64,000 bases of DNA from Methanolobus sp. Its GTDB lineage: Archaea; Halobacteriota; Methanosarcinia; Methanosarcinales; Methanosarcinaceae. A program made the translations under genes and the position numbers. Below are positions 52,975-63,614 of the stretch, piece after piece (within the stretch, counting starts at the first letter, position 1; the number at the start of each line of letters is the position of its first letter). Where the stretch lies: assembly GCA_030154025.1 (NCBI GenBank), contig JASKKT010000002.1:4958-68957 (forward strand), in the 5' to 3' direction. The notes under the pieces are model-generated. The model worked only from the letters and a program-made list of their open reading frames with translations, was not told the DNA's origin and made no database searches.

Positions 52975-55621
52975 CCTGAAGATACGCAACAGAACTCTCA
53001 TACTCCTCACTGTGACCTTCATCTGCCTGTTCGTCCTGCTTACGGTAATTACAGGATCTATAATGCATGACAGCTTTTCTCAGCTTGAGAAAAGAGAGGT
53101 CACAACAAACGTTTTGAGAGCCACTGGAGCTGTTGACTCCCAGACCAATCGCCTTGCAGCCACTGCAAAGGATTGGGGACAGTGGAGTGATACTGTTTAT
53201 TTTATGCAGGGAGACAATGCCTATATCGAGAATAACCTTGACGTGGAATCTATATCTAACCTGCAGATAGACATGATGATGTTCTTTGATGCCTCCGGCG
53301 AGCTGTACTATATTGCAGGAGTGGATCATTACACTTACGAAGAAAGGGAAATAACAGATGCTTTCAGGGATTATATAATCAAGGAAGAAATGCTATATTC
53401 AGACCCTTCCCTTGACAAATATGTAGAGGGCATCATCAGCACTCCTGAAGGTCCCATGATGGTCGGGACAAGCCCTATAACACCAAATACCAGAGACTCG
53501 ACGATTGCAGGTACCATCGTAATTGGAAAGTTCCTTGACCCCAGGTTTATCGAGGAAATGGAGGAAACGACCCAGCTGTCCATCAGCATCAGCTATCCGG
53601 AACCTGAAGCAACGGCTGCACTTCAAAGTTCAGCTCAGGTCCAGGACAGTGACTCCATAAGAATAGAGTATATGGACGAAAACACTGTCATCGGCACTGG
53701 AGTATTGAACGACATCAACGGTGTTCCTTCACTGGCCCTGGATGTGGAAATGCCAAGGGATGTGTACCAGCAGGGACAGTCTGCGACACATTACGTGTTA
53801 TATTCAATAATCGCCATAGGAGTTATCTATGGGGCAGTTCTCATCTTACTGATCGAAAGGTCCGTGCTGTCACGCCTGACTCTCCTGAGCAGTAACCTTA
53901 GCGCTATCACAGAGAGCGGATCACTCTCGTCCCGTGTGAAGATGGATGGGGACGACGAACTGTACATGCTTGCAGATAATATCAATTACATGCTGCAATC
54001 GCTGGAGCATAATGAGGAGAAGATACATGCTGTAAAGCTTGAAAGCCAGCAGAAGATGGAAGCAGTGCTCAAAAACATACTCAGCGGGGCCATGATACTG
54101 GATGCCCATACACATGAGATAGTTGATGTGAACCCTGCTGCCGAAGAGATCATAGGACTTCCAAAAAAGGAATTAGTAGGACGTGTGTGCCATGATTTTG
54201 TATGTCCTTCGGAAAAAGGAAAATGCCCTATCAGTGACCTTGGAATGAGAGTGAACAAGTCCGAATGCACGATCATCAATGCCCAGGGCCAAAAAGTGTG
54301 GGTTCTCAAATCAGTAGTGCCCGTAACCCTTCAGGGCAGGGACTATTTCGTAGAGAGTTTTGTTGACCTTACAAAAATGAAGGAAGCAGAGGAGAAACTC
54401 ATTATGGCAAGAATCACAGCAGAAGCTGCAAACCGTGCCAAGAGTGATTTCCTTGCAACCATGAGCCACGAACTGAGGACGCCGCTCAACTCTATAATCG
54501 GTTTCTCTGACCTCATTGTAAGCGGCGGCACCGGGGAGATATCCGACACTCAGAAACGGTTCATTACGAACATAGCTACAAGCGGGAAGCATCTGCTGTC
54601 AATCATTAACAACGTGCTTGATATCTCAAAGATAGAAGCCAACAAGATGGAACTCAATTATCAGGTATTCCCTGTCACAGAAGTGTTCACTGAGGTGAAA
54701 CAGCTCATCTCGCCCATGGCTATGAAAAAGGAACTGAAAGTAGAGTTCCTTAAGGATGAGGAACTTACAACAATCCATGCTGACAAGACCAGGTTCAAAC
54801 AGATACTCTTTAATCTCATCAGCAATGCTATCAAGTTCACACCAAAAGGCGGGAGTATAAGCGTACGTGCAAGCCGGAATGAAGAGATGGCAGTGTTCAC
54901 TGTCAAGGATACTGGAATAGGGATATCCGAAGAAGGCATAGCTAAGCTCTTCCAGCCATTCACCCAGCTGGACTCCGCGATCAATCGCCAGTACGAGGGT
55001 ACGGGGCTTGGCTTATCACTAGTAAAGAAGTTCCTTGAGGTTCAGAACGGAAGTATAAAAGTAGAGAGTAAACTGGGAGAAGGTACAACCTTCACCTTTG
55101 AACTGCCTCTTACAAGGAACACAGATGAGAAAACAGTTCCTGAAGAAGCAAGTAAAGCCGATGATACACCCGATGCATACCTACCCGTGACAAACAGTCC
55201 GGTACCCACAGATGGCTCTCAACCACTGGTGCTTGTGGTGGAGGATGACGACAATTCGAGAGAGCTGCTCCAGACCACTCTTGAGAGAGAAGGTTACTGT
55301 GTGACATCAACTTGCTGCGGAAAGGAAGCACTCCTGCTTGCAGAGAAGCTAAAACCCTTTGCTATCACCCTGGACATCATGATGCCCGGCATGGACGGAT
55401 GGGAAGTTCTCAAGCACCTGAAAGAGGAAGATCAGACAAAGGACATACCGGTGATCATCACATCAATGCTGGACGAGAAGGAAATGAGTAAAGTGTGGGG
55501 AACAGTTGATTACTTCATCAAGCCTGTCCCCAAGGAAGCCCTTGTTGCCACACTTGAAAGGATTAAGGATAATACTCCCAGTAAGCGGAACTCAGAGAAT
55601 GGGGAAGCCAGTGACAACTGA
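52961..55621 (+). CDS. Hybrid sensor histidine kinase (CHASE4-like sensor, PAS, HisKA, HATPase_c, receiver)
   Basis: 886 aa. TM plus an extracytoplasmic block with DWGQWSDTVYFM (CHASE4-like), a second TM, PAS, H-box MSHELRTPLNSIIGFSD, HATPase_c, and a C-terminal REC (LVVEDDDNS...DIMMPGMDG). It overlaps the upstream RR gene by 14 nt. Confidence 0.9.
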   Translation: MEENNLKIRNRTLILLTVTFICLFVLLTVITGSIMHDSFSQLEKREVTTNVLRATGAVDSQTNRLAATAKDWGQWSDTVYFMQGDNAYIENNLDVESISNLQIDMMMFFDASGELYYIAGVDHYTYEEREITDAFRDYIIKEEMLYSDPSLDKYVEGIISTPEGPMMVGTSPITPNTRDSTIAGTIVIGKFLDPRFIEEMEETTQLSISISYPEPEATAALQSSAQVQDSDSIRIEYMDENTVIGTGVLNDINGVPSLALDVEMPRDVYQQGQSATHYVLYSIIAIGVIYGAVLILLIERSVLSRLTLLSSNLSAITESGSLSSRVKMDGDDELYMLADNINYMLQSLEHNEEKIHAVKLESQQKMEAVLKNILSGAMILDAHTHEIVDVNPAAEEIIGLPKKELVGRVCHDFVCPSEKGKCPISDLGMRVNKSECTIINAQGQKVWVLKSVVPVTLQGRDYFVESFVDLTKMKEAEEKLIMARITAEAANRAKSDFLATMSHELRTPLNSIIGFSDLIVSGGTGEISDTQKRFITNIATSGKHLLSIINNVLDISKIEANKMELNYQVFPVTEVFTEVKQLISPMAMKKELKVEFLKDEELTTIHADKTRFKQILFNLISNAIKFTPKGGSISVRASRNEEMAVFTVKDTGIGISEEGIAKLFQPFTQLDSAINRQYEGTGLGLSLVKKFLEVQNGSIKVESKLGEGTTFTFELPLTRNTDEKTVPEEASKADDTPDAYLPVTNSPVPTDGSQPLVLVVEDDDNSRELLQTTLEREGYCVTSTCCGKEALLLAEKLKPFAITLDIMMPGMDGWEVLKHLKEEDQTKDIPVIITSMLDEKEMSKVWGTVDYFIKPVPKEALVATLERIKDNTPSKRNSENGEASDN

Positions 55622-55642
55622 GCTGCTTGCAAGAACACACGC

Positions 55643-56329
55643 TCACAAGGGACACACCTTCACGCAGAGCCCGCATCGCAGACCGCCCAGCTCCCCGAAC
55701 ATGTAATCGGCACATTTATGCCTGTCAATGGCACCATCCTCTGAGATGGCACCTGCAGGACATACCGCTATGCATTTCCGACAAGTGCTGCAGGCCCTGT
55801 TGACCAGCGGCAAAGGGTCCTCTTTTTCAGTATTCAGTTCTGCGTCTGTCAGTATAGCTGTCATACGGACCCTCGGACCGAACTCTTTGGTAGTGAGAAG
55901 ATGATTGATGCCAAAGTTACCCAGTCCTGCACGATAGGCTGCATACTTGATTGACATGTTGGCCTTGAGCGTTTCCCGATCTGCATACCAGTATCCAAAC
56001 TCACTGCCCTCTGTAGGTACTATCGTTGCCCTGTAACCGTTCTTCTCAATGAGCCTGGCCAGCTGGAACGCGATCAACCTGAGGGTTGCAGTGGCTGCCA
56101 TGAGCGTGTTGGTGTATTCGGCCCTTCCTGCAGGAAGTGACTCGAAAGCCCCGCGGGGCACGGCTACCCCGAGAATGATGACTGACCTCACATCCTTCAT
56201 CATATCCTGAGGCCTGTTCCCGGTATACGCAGGGTCCAGAAAACAGGATGCGTCTGCAATACCAAAGAGATCTGCATTCATTTGAGAAGCTGTATCCTGA
56301 AGTACCTTCGTGAGAGAGCTGTCTGTCAT
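55643..56329 (-). CDS. QueG-like / reductive-dehalogenase-related 4Fe-4S protein
   Basis: 228 aa. The N-terminal block ADLFGIADAS...VIILGVA and the C-terminal ferredoxin motifs CSTCRKCIAVCP and CGLCVKVCP resemble the epoxyqueuosine reductase family. Confidence 0.65.
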   Translation of the reverse strand: MTDSSLTKVLQDTASQMNADLFGIADASCFLDPAYTGNRPQDMMKDVRSVIILGVAVPRGAFESLPAGRAEYTNTLMAATATLRLIAFQLARLIEKNGYRATIVPTEGSEFGYWYADRETLKANMSIKYAAYRAGLGNFGINHLLTTKEFGPRVRMTAILTDAELNTEKEDPLPLVNRACSTCRKCIAVCPAGAISEDGAIDRHKCADYMFGELGGLRCGLCVKVCPL

Positions 56330-56431
56330 ACCATATCACCTGCAACGGAGTGCAAACATTACTTAGACAAGATCTTGTAGCCAGCCATAGTATATTATGA
56401 GATTACATCATACCCTTGAACCTTACTGGCA

Positions 56432-56668
56432 TCAACATTTGGCTTTGTTCAGGTGACCGGCAAGCTTGTCCAGCGATTCTCTCCAGCCCTGTTCCATGTT
56501 ATCGCGATTCACAGCACTGATATTACTGATACCGGAAGATATTATAGTGAGTCTGGTCTTACCATCCTTCTCGTCAAATATCAGCGCAGCCAGCGTTTCA
56601 AGCGGCCAGCCCTCATCCATGCCCTTTGTTCTCATGCTGTTCGTTGCTTTACTTTCATCCATAACCAT
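56432..56668 (-). pseudogene. C-terminal remnant of an SRPBCC/AHSA1-family protein
   Basis: The 78-aa ORF covers only the last part of the fold (DGKTRLTIISSG...MEQGWRESLDKLAGHL). Full-length members have about 140-160 aa, and no in-frame N-terminal part lies upstream. Confidence 0.45.
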
Positions 56669-56787
56669 TCCGCCTTAATAGGAAAAATCCCTGTGATGCT
56701 CACTGAGTGAAACTCCTTTTTGCTTGCAGCGATAATATTCAGATCGCTAGAACAGACATAAAATCAAAAATTGGAAATACTGAACGC

Positions 56788-56964
56788 TTATTTAAGCGAG
56801 ATAGCTTCAACAGGACAGATATCCACGCAATCCCCACAGTCAACACATGTATCCGGATCAACAAATGCGAGGTCTTCATCGGTCATTGAGATAGCTTCTA
56901 CGGGGCAGGAATCCACACATACCCCACATCCTGTACACAGTTCTTTATCAACAATAGCTGGCAT
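56788..56964 (-). CDS. 2x[4Fe-4S] ferredoxin, 58 aa; absent from the ORF track
   Basis: My translation is MPAIVDKELCTGCGVCVDSCPVEAISMTDEDLAFVDPDTCVDCGDCVDICPVEAISLK, with two complete CxxCxxCxxxCP motifs. Confidence 0.8.
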   Translation of the reverse strand: MPAIVDKELCTGCGVCVDSCPVEAISMTDEDLAFVDPDTCVDCGDCVDICPVEAISLK

Positions 56965-57366
56965 TTATATTCACTCCAAGATCACCTTTTTACAAAGGTA
57001 CTATTATCCTAGTCTGGAACTCTCTGATAAATACCTGTCGAGTTTTACCTTTGAATACAATTTTTGAAGCGTGAAAGAAAGAGAAGCAGGTTTTACCAAA
57101 GCCCAATAGACTTCAGAGAGATGCTCCTTTTTTGTGTACGGACCTGAAAGGAGAGATTTATTCTTGTACAAAGATATATAAAGCCTTCATTTAAAATTCC
57201 TTCATGAAAATGGATTTCACAGATATATATACATTTCTCTTCAGATACCACAAAGCAGTACGAATACACCTTAGGAAAAAGAACACAATAGGAAGATATA
57301 TATCCAAAGGTGTAAATTCCCTAATTGATCTACAGTGAAAATATATAAATTACTTAAGAGGTCACT

Positions 57367-59514
57367 ATGAATTTTAAAAGAATGACAATCAACAGCAAAC
57401 TTATCCTTTATATTGTGGTCAGTGTTACCATATTGATGTCTATCAGTACATACATGATCGTTGATAAGGTAACAAACCAGAATATCGAGCAGGCTTACGA
57501 GCAGGCTGAAAGTGTTTCCACAGGTTACGCATACAAATATGACAGCGATATGCGCGCTAACCAGCTTATAGGCCAGACAATAGCACACACCCTGGAGAAC
57601 TATGGAAGTGCTGACAGGGATGAGGCCAATGATATTCTCAGGAGCATTCTTATTGAGAATCCTGGCCTCCTGGCTACCTATGCCGGATACGAAGCAAACG
57701 CCTTTGATAATAATGATGCAGCTTTTGCAAATACCCCGGGACATGATGCAACCGGCAGGTTCATTCCCACCTGGAGTGCAACAGGCAGTGGTGCTTCCCT
57801 TGCCCCGCTTGCAGACTACGACACATCCGATTATTACCTGCTGCCAAAATCCCTCAAAAAGGACATCATACTTGAGCCATATATCTACGATGGCATTATG
57901 ATCGTCAGCTATGTCTCACCAATTATGAAAGACGGGAAATTCATAGGCATAGCAGGCGTGGATGTTTCCCTGGATTATATCGATGAAGAGGTTTCCCAGG
58001 TAAGCATGTTTGACACCGGTTACGCTTTCATGGTAAGCAATTCAGGCATGTTCATGTCACATCCTGTTGAGAAATCCTGGATAGGCACAAGGTACCTTTC
58101 AGACTTCAATGATCCTGAAATGAACAGGATGGCAGCAGACATAAAGAAAGGGGCAGGCGGGCACATACAGGTCGTCGATCCGGCAACCGGCAAGAGCGTT
58201 GCCATGATCTACCAGCCACTGGATACGGCAGATTTCGCATTCGTGCTGACAATCCCCGAAGAAGAGATGTTTGCAGGCGCAATGGAGCTGCGCAACCAGC
58301 TAATAGTCATATCGGTAGTGGCCATCCTTGCCATGGCAGGCATTGCATATCTCATAGCCCGTTCCATCACCCGTCCGATCAAGGATATTGTCAGTGATTT
58401 CGAACAGATCTCCACCGACGCACTTGAAGGGAAGCTTGACCGAAGAGCAAACACTGCGGTAGGTGTCGATTTTGAGGCAATACCAAGAGGATTGAACGAA
58501 ATACTGAGATCCCTTACAGACATAATAGTGAATATCAGCAAGAACGCCAATATCGTTGCAAGCACCTCGGAGGAAATGTCTGCATCCATCGAGGAGATAA
58601 CAGCAGCATCAAGCCAGGTATCACATACTATAAACAGCATTGCCAAGGGTGCTCTGGACCAGTCGTCCAAAGCCCAGGAGATCTCACGTGCCATGGACGA
58701 CATGAGTTCAAGCGTGCAGGAGATAGCCGTCAATGCCCAGAGGTCTGCCGAGATATCCACGGACTCCAGTAAGAAGACCATGGCAGTCGGGAACAAGTCA
58801 GAGAATCTGATGACCCAGATGGAAGAGATCAAGAGAGCATCACTGGAATCCGCAGCCGCAATCAAGGAACTCGACAATAAGTCCAAACAGATAGGAGAGA
58901 TAGTCAGCCTTATCACAAATATCGCAGACCAGACCAACCTGCTTGCCCTGAATGCAGCCATCGAGGCAGCAAGGGCAGGAGAGCACGGGCGCGGGTTTGC
59001 CGTGGTAGCAGACGAGGTGCGCAAGCTTGCAGAAGAGTCAGGGGACGCGGCAAAGGAAATATCCGGCCTTATCAAGCAGATACAGCACGATACGGGAGTG
59101 GTGGTGGAATCTGTTGAAAATGGCAATGTAACTGTAGCCAGCGGTGTTGAGGCTTTGAACGAGACTGTCAGGGCTATGAAGGAGATCGTAGAGGGAGCAA
59201 TGAAGACCGCCGAGATGGTCCAGGACATTGCCGCTGCAGCCCAGGAGCAATCCGCATCCATAGAAGAGATCACTGCATCCGTGGAGGAAGTGACCTCTAT
59301 CTCAGAAGGAGCAGCCGCAGGAACCGAACAGACATCCGCCGCCGTAGAACAACAGAGTGCATCCCTGCAGGAGATCGCACACAGCTCACAGGAGCTATCC
59401 GCCATGGCTGTTGCAATGCAGGAAATGGTAAACAGGTTTGTCCTCGCCAGGGAAGAGCTTGCTGAACAGGCCGACGCGCCTCATGTGATGAAGAACAGGA
59501 AGGGACTGAAGTAA
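57367..59514 (+). CDS. Methyl-accepting chemotaxis protein with an extracytoplasmic dCache sensor
   Basis: 715 aa. TM, a roughly 280-aa Cache-like domain, TM, HAMP, and the MCP signalling domain with the highly conserved hairpin ([40 protein letters not shown]). Confidence 0.9.
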   Translation: MNFKRMTINSKLILYIVVSVTILMSISTYMIVDKVTNQNIEQAYEQAESVSTGYAYKYDSDMRANQLIGQTIAHTLENYGSADRDEANDILRSILIENPGLLATYAGYEANAFDNNDAAFANTPGHDATGRFIPTWSATGSGASLAPLADYDTSDYYLLPKSLKKDIILEPYIYDGIMIVSYVSPIMKDGKFIGIAGVDVSLDYIDEEVSQVSMFDTGYAFMVSNSGMFMSHPVEKSWIGTRYLSDFNDPEMNRMAADIKKGAGGHIQVVDPATGKSVAMIYQPLDTADFAFVLTIPEEEMFAGAMELRNQLIVISVVAILAMAGIAYLIARSITRPIKDIVSDFEQISTDALEGKLDRRANTAVGVDFEAIPRGLNEILRSLTDIIVNISKNANIVASTSEEMSASIEEITAASSQVSHTINSIAKGALDQSSKAQEISRAMDDMSSSVQEIAVNAQRSAEISTDSSKKTMAVGNKSENLMTQMEEIKRASLESAAAIKELDNKSKQIGEIVSLITNIADQTNLLALNAAIEAARAGEHGRGFAVVADEVRKLAEESGDAAKEISGLIKQIQHDTGVVVESVENGNVTVASGVEALNETVRAMKEIVEGAMKTAEMVQDIAAAAQEQSASIEEITASVEEVTSISEGAAAGTEQTSAAVEQQSASLQEIAHSSQELSAMAVAMQEMVNRFVLAREELAEQADAPHVMKNRKGLK

Positions 59515-59519
59515 GTCCC

Positions 59520-59544
59520 TTTTTCTCTTTTATCCATCTTTTTT
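59520..59544 (+). terminator. Oligo-T terminator region after the MCP gene
   Basis: T5, T4 and T6 runs fall within 30 nt of the stop codon, in the 36-nt spacer to the convergent cdc48. Confidence 0.45.
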
Positions 59545-59550
59545 ATAGTG

Positions 59551-61791
59551 CTACTGGTACCCGGTCTCCCCGCCAAGGTCCTGAACCGTTTCCTCCTCGT
59601 TGGCTGAATATCTTGCAAACGCTTCGGAAGCCTGCTCATACAGGCTCATGGCAGCGCGGGAAGTAGTGGGCTTGACGCGGCGTATGGCCTTCACAAAATG
59701 AACGGATGTTATCTTAATTCCCATCACCCTGGCCCTGGCCTCGTCCCTGCTTATGCCCGGTGTGACGACCTCACGCAGGGCCAGCATGGAAGCTTCCCGA
59801 CAGATGGCTTCGATATCGGAACCTACATAGCCTTCGGTCATGTGTGCCAGTTCGTGGACACTCACGTCATCTGCGAGGGGCTTGCCCTGAAGATGGATGC
59901 CGAAGATCTTTTGCCGTCCTCCCATATCAGGAGGGCGCACATATATGAGCCGGTCAAAGCGTCCCGGCCGCAAGAGGGCAGGATCAACTATATCCGGCCT
60001 GTTGGTTGCAGCGATTATCACCACGTCCCTCAGTTCCTCAACCCCGTCTATCTCCGTGAGTATCTGGCTCACCACGCGCTCACTTGCATGGGCATCTATA
60101 CTAGAGCCACGCTCCGATGCCATGGAGTCGATCTCATCAAAGAATATCACTGTAGGCGCAGCCTGCCTGGCCTTGCGGAAGGTCTCTCGTACAGCACGCT
60201 CGGACTCCCCAACGTAGCGACTCAGCAGCTCAGGGCCCTTGATGCTGATGAAGTTTGCCTCGCTTTCGGTGGCCACGGCCTTTGCCAGCATTGTCTTTCC
60301 AGTACCCGGGGGGCCGAAGAGCATGATACCGCGGGGAGGCCTTGTATTGACAGCCTCGAAGAGTTCCGGATATTTCAGCGGCCACTCCACAGCTTCGGAG
60401 AGCTCCTGCTTGGCAGCATCCAGGCCTCCGATGTCATCCCATCTCACTGAGGGCACTTCCACGAATACCTCGCGCATGGCCGAGGGTTCGATGTTCCTGA
60501 GGGCGTCGTCAAAATCCTTCCTGGTCACCTGCAGGCTTTCCATGAACTCGGGAGGTATCTCATTCTCCACATCGTCAATCCTCATGTCAGGAAGCATGCG
60601 CCTGAGAGCATGCATAGCCGCCTCCTTGCACAGGGAAGAGAGGTCAGCACCCACGAAACCGTGGGTAACGGCAGCAATCTCCTCAAGGTTAAGTCCTTCT
60701 TCCAGCGGCATGCCCCTTGTATGGACGAACAGTATCTGGAGACGACCGGCACTGTCAGGTATCCCCACCTCGATCTCGCGGTCGAACCTGCCTCCCCTGC
60801 GCAGGGCCTCGTCAATGGAATTGGGGCGATTGGTTGCGGCTATGACTATGACCTTGCCCCTTGAGGCCAGACCATCCATCAGGGAGAGCAGTTGAGCGAC
60901 TATCCTGCGCTCCATCTCACCCCACACCTCATCGCGTTTGGGAGCAATGGAATCGATCTCGTCTATGAATATTATCGTAGGGGCATTCTTCTCGGCATCC
61001 TCGAATATCTGGCGCAGCTTGTGTTCGCTCTCACCGTAGTATTTAGAAACCACCTCAGGTCCGCTCACAGATATGAAATTTGCATCAGTTTCACTTGCCA
61101 CTGCTCTTGCTATGAGTGTCTTTCCAGTGCCAGGAGGCCCATAAAGAAGGACACCCTTGGGAGGGTCCACTGCAAGTTTCTGGAAGAGCTCAGGATGCTT
61201 CAGGGGCAGTTCTATCATTTCCCTCACGAGTCCCAGTTCCCGCTTGAGACCTCCTATGTCTTCGTAAGTTATCTGTCCGGAAACTCCCTCCTGCGCCACA
61301 GCACTCTCCCTGATATGTATCTGGGTGTTCCTGGTAACTACTACAGGACCAGCGGGGCTTGTTGAGAGCACGACAAAAGAAACAGGATTGCTGACCGCCT
61401 CCACGCGGATGGACTGACCCTTTATTACAGGGCGGCCTTCAAGTATTCTCAGAATGAAGCGCGGACCTCCCACAAGCCGGGTCTCCCTTGTGGGAGCAAG
61501 GCTTATCTTCTCCGCCTCGCTGACAGTGACCTTCCTGATCGTCACCTTGTCATCAATACTGACCTTTGCATTGTTCCTGAGGTTACCGTCTATACGTATT
61601 ATCTCCTTGCCCGCATCGTCCGGATATCCCGGCCAGGCAATTGCATAGCATTTCTCCTTGCTCTTTATCTCAACGATATCACCGCTGACAACCCCGATAG
61701 ATTCCATAAGGACCTTGTCAAGCCTTGCAATTCCCCGGCCTGCATCCCTGGGATACGCCTGCCCCACACTGACGGTAATTTCCTCAGCCAA
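59551..61791 (-). CDS. cdc48: CDC48/VCP-type AAA+ ATPase (two AAA domains)
   Basis: 746 aa with an N-domain and two Walker A motifs (both GPPGTGKT), each with a DEID Walker B. The archaeal Cdc48 blocks are typical. Confidence 0.95.
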   Translation of the reverse strand: MAEEITVSVGQAYPRDAGRGIARLDKVLMESIGVVSGDIVEIKSKEKCYAIAWPGYPDDAGKEIIRIDGNLRNNAKVSIDDKVTIRKVTVSEAEKISLAPTRETRLVGGPRFILRILEGRPVIKGQSIRVEAVSNPVSFVVLSTSPAGPVVVTRNTQIHIRESAVAQEGVSGQITYEDIGGLKRELGLVREMIELPLKHPELFQKLAVDPPKGVLLYGPPGTGKTLIARAVASETDANFISVSGPEVVSKYYGESEHKLRQIFEDAEKNAPTIIFIDEIDSIAPKRDEVWGEMERRIVAQLLSLMDGLASRGKVIVIAATNRPNSIDEALRRGGRFDREIEVGIPDSAGRLQILFVHTRGMPLEEGLNLEEIAAVTHGFVGADLSSLCKEAAMHALRRMLPDMRIDDVENEIPPEFMESLQVTRKDFDDALRNIEPSAMREVFVEVPSVRWDDIGGLDAAKQELSEAVEWPLKYPELFEAVNTRPPRGIMLFGPPGTGKTMLAKAVATESEANFISIKGPELLSRYVGESERAVRETFRKARQAAPTVIFFDEIDSMASERGSSIDAHASERVVSQILTEIDGVEELRDVVIIAATNRPDIVDPALLRPGRFDRLIYVRPPDMGGRQKIFGIHLQGKPLADDVSVHELAHMTEGYVGSDIEAICREASMLALREVVTPGISRDEARARVMGIKITSVHFVKAIRRVKPTTSRAAMSLYEQASEAFARYSANEEETVQDLGGETGYQ

Positions 61792-61891
61792 TTATGATCA
61801 CCATGATTTCATACAGCATCTGCTAGCTATGTAATTGGTCAAATGCAATTTAAAAAGATTCCCGACAGCAGATAAAATACCTGAAGAGAGA

Positions 61892-62590
61892 TCACATCTC
61901 GCTCTTCAGTCTGGAGACCAGTTCTTCCCTTATAACGGATGTACGGTCGCCACCACATACCATTCCACGCACGCCGATGATGTCTGGCCTGATGCGCCTG
62001 AGCATGGGAAGGTCCCCGAACTTGAGAGTGCCGGCAAGCGCGGACTCAAGACCCTGGTCCCTGATAGCGTCTGTGAAAACTGTCAGCTCCCCCTCATCCA
62101 TAAACTCGAAAGTGGAGCGCCCGTCCTTGATACCGGTATCGACCATCACCACATCCACACCTGCCCGGGCGCCGATGGCAGGAAGCAGGTGAGGGGATAT
62201 TGAGTTGATCCTCTTGTAATCGGAATAGCCCGAGGCAACGACCTTCTTGGAAGGGTCAAGATCCTTGACAGAGCGTGTTATATTGGTCAGCATGTCCAGG
62301 GCCTGCTCCTCCGTATGGACATCATACAGGCCCACCTTGATATAGTGAGCACCCGCAACTGCAGCACCCAGAGCGGCAAGGGACGCAGTACCCGGCTTGT
62401 AATTGAAGTCCCCGATGGTCGCACTTATGGGCTTCTGTGAGCCGATGGCCTCTTTAACAGACCTTATGACCCAGGGAAAATTAGCGCCAAGGGAACCTTC
62501 CTTGGGATTCTTCACATCGATTATGTCAGCACCACCTTTGTGTGCTGCTATTGCCTCCTCAGGGCTAATGGGACTGACGAGTAACTTCAT
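61892..62590 (-). CDS. mfnB: (5-formylfuran-3-yl)methyl phosphate synthase MfnB (methanofuran biosynthesis)
   Basis: 232 aa. MKLLVSPISPEEAIAAHKGGADIIDVKNPKEGSLGANFPWVI and GAHYIKVGLY closely resemble M. jannaschii MJ1099. Confidence 0.85.
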   Translation of the reverse strand: MKLLVSPISPEEAIAAHKGGADIIDVKNPKEGSLGANFPWVIRSVKEAIGSQKPISATIGDFNYKPGTASLAALGAAVAGAHYIKVGLYDVHTEEQALDMLTNITRSVKDLDPSKKVVASGYSDYKRINSISPHLLPAIGARAGVDVVMVDTGIKDGRSTFEFMDEGELTVFTDAIRDQGLESALAGTLKFGDLPMLRRIRPDIIGVRGMVCGGDRTSVIREELVSRLKSEM

Positions 62591-62619
62591 AGCATAACCT
62601 CTTTTTTATAGCATGACAG

Positions 62620-63342
62620 ATGTATGAATTAAATATGTTTCGTATCCTTTTTGTTCTTGACGTTTTCAACCGGACAGTGGTCCATGCACAGGGAGGAGAC
62701 AGGAAAGAGTACAAGCCTATCCATTTCTCCAGCAGGATCTGCGAAAGTTCGGACGCCACCAGGATAGTCGATACGGTAAAACCCAGGGAAGTATACATTG
62801 CCGACCTTAACCTGCTTCAGGGAATAGGTAAGAGGGAAAAGAACTTCGAGCTCATCCAGGGAGTGGCAGAAAGAGCTAAGACAATGGTAGATGCCGGAAT
62901 TAAGTCTCTTTCAGATACTGAGGATATTTTTGAGATCGTTCCAACTGTCGTGCTTGGCACGGAAACTGCCTCCCTTGATACGATAGAGCAGGTTGCAGCT
63001 GCCTATCCGGGGCGTGCGGTAGTGAGCATCGACAAGAAGTATGGCAAAATACTCTCCAGTGACCCCTCCATGCCTGACGACCCACTGGATATAGTGAAGA
63101 AGCTTAATGATTTCGAGCTGCAGGATATAATAGTCCTCGACCTTGACAGGGTGGGCACGGCAAGCGGCGTGGATTCACAATTCTTAAGTAAAATAGCATC
63201 AATCTCAGAGCATAATGTGCTTCTTGGCGGAGGAGTCCGCAACCTTGAGGACATCGAAACACTCGAGGAAACAGGCCTTGCAGGTGCCCTTGTGGCAACA
63301 GCTTTGCATAACGGCTCGATCCCCCTTGAAAAGGTACAGTGA
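62620..63342 (+). CDS. HisA/HisF-family (beta/alpha)8-barrel protein of unknown role
   Basis: 240 aa with the blocks VLDLDRVGTASGVD and LLGGGVRNLEDIETLEETGLAGALVATALHNG. The alternative start is 62635. Confidence 0.7.
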   Translation: MYELNMFRILFVLDVFNRTVVHAQGGDRKEYKPIHFSSRICESSDATRIVDTVKPREVYIADLNLLQGIGKREKNFELIQGVAERAKTMVDAGIKSLSDTEDIFEIVPTVVLGTETASLDTIEQVAAAYPGRAVVSIDKKYGKILSSDPSMPDDPLDIVKKLNDFELQDIIVLDLDRVGTASGVDSQFLSKIASISEHNVLLGGGVRNLEDIETLEETGLAGALVATALHNGSIPLEKVQ

Positions 63343-63380
63343 CAATAATAATAAGCATTTCATCAGTTCATGGTGTAAGT

Positions 63381-63614
63381 ATGGCAGAGAATGAGGAATT
63401 AATTGAAGTTGGCGAAGGATACGCCGAGATCAAGATGGGAGCAGGCTGGTTCCTGACGATCACCCTTGCCTCCAGTGAGAGATACGAGAACGAATATGTA
63501 GAGATCGCAAAAGAGAGAGGTGGCCAGAAAAAGGGACGCTTCAACCTGAATCCTAAATATACACGCACCCTTGGTGAAGCACTTATCAAATTCGCAGACG
63601 CTAACGAACTCTAG
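63381..63614 (+). CDS. Hypothetical small protein (77 aa)
   Basis: An ORF from MAENEELIEV... with no recognisable motif. Its 3' end overlaps the convergent kinase gene by 14 nt. Confidence 0.35.
   Translation: MAENEELIEVGEGYAEIKMGAGWFLTITLASSERYENEYVEIAKERGGQKKGRFNLNPKYTRTLGEALIKFADANEL

Noticed and set aside
58209-59405. A 398-aa minus-strand ORF inside the MCP gene
   Set aside because: It is fully antisense to a confidently identified MCP signalling domain. Its translation is Ser/Ala/Ile-rich and low-complexity, as expected from the reverse frame of an Ala/Glu-rich coiled coil. It has no start context and no motifs.
59698-60895. Plus-strand ORFs of 218-250 aa within cdc48
   Set aside because: They are antisense shadows of a highly conserved AAA+ gene and carry no independent signals.
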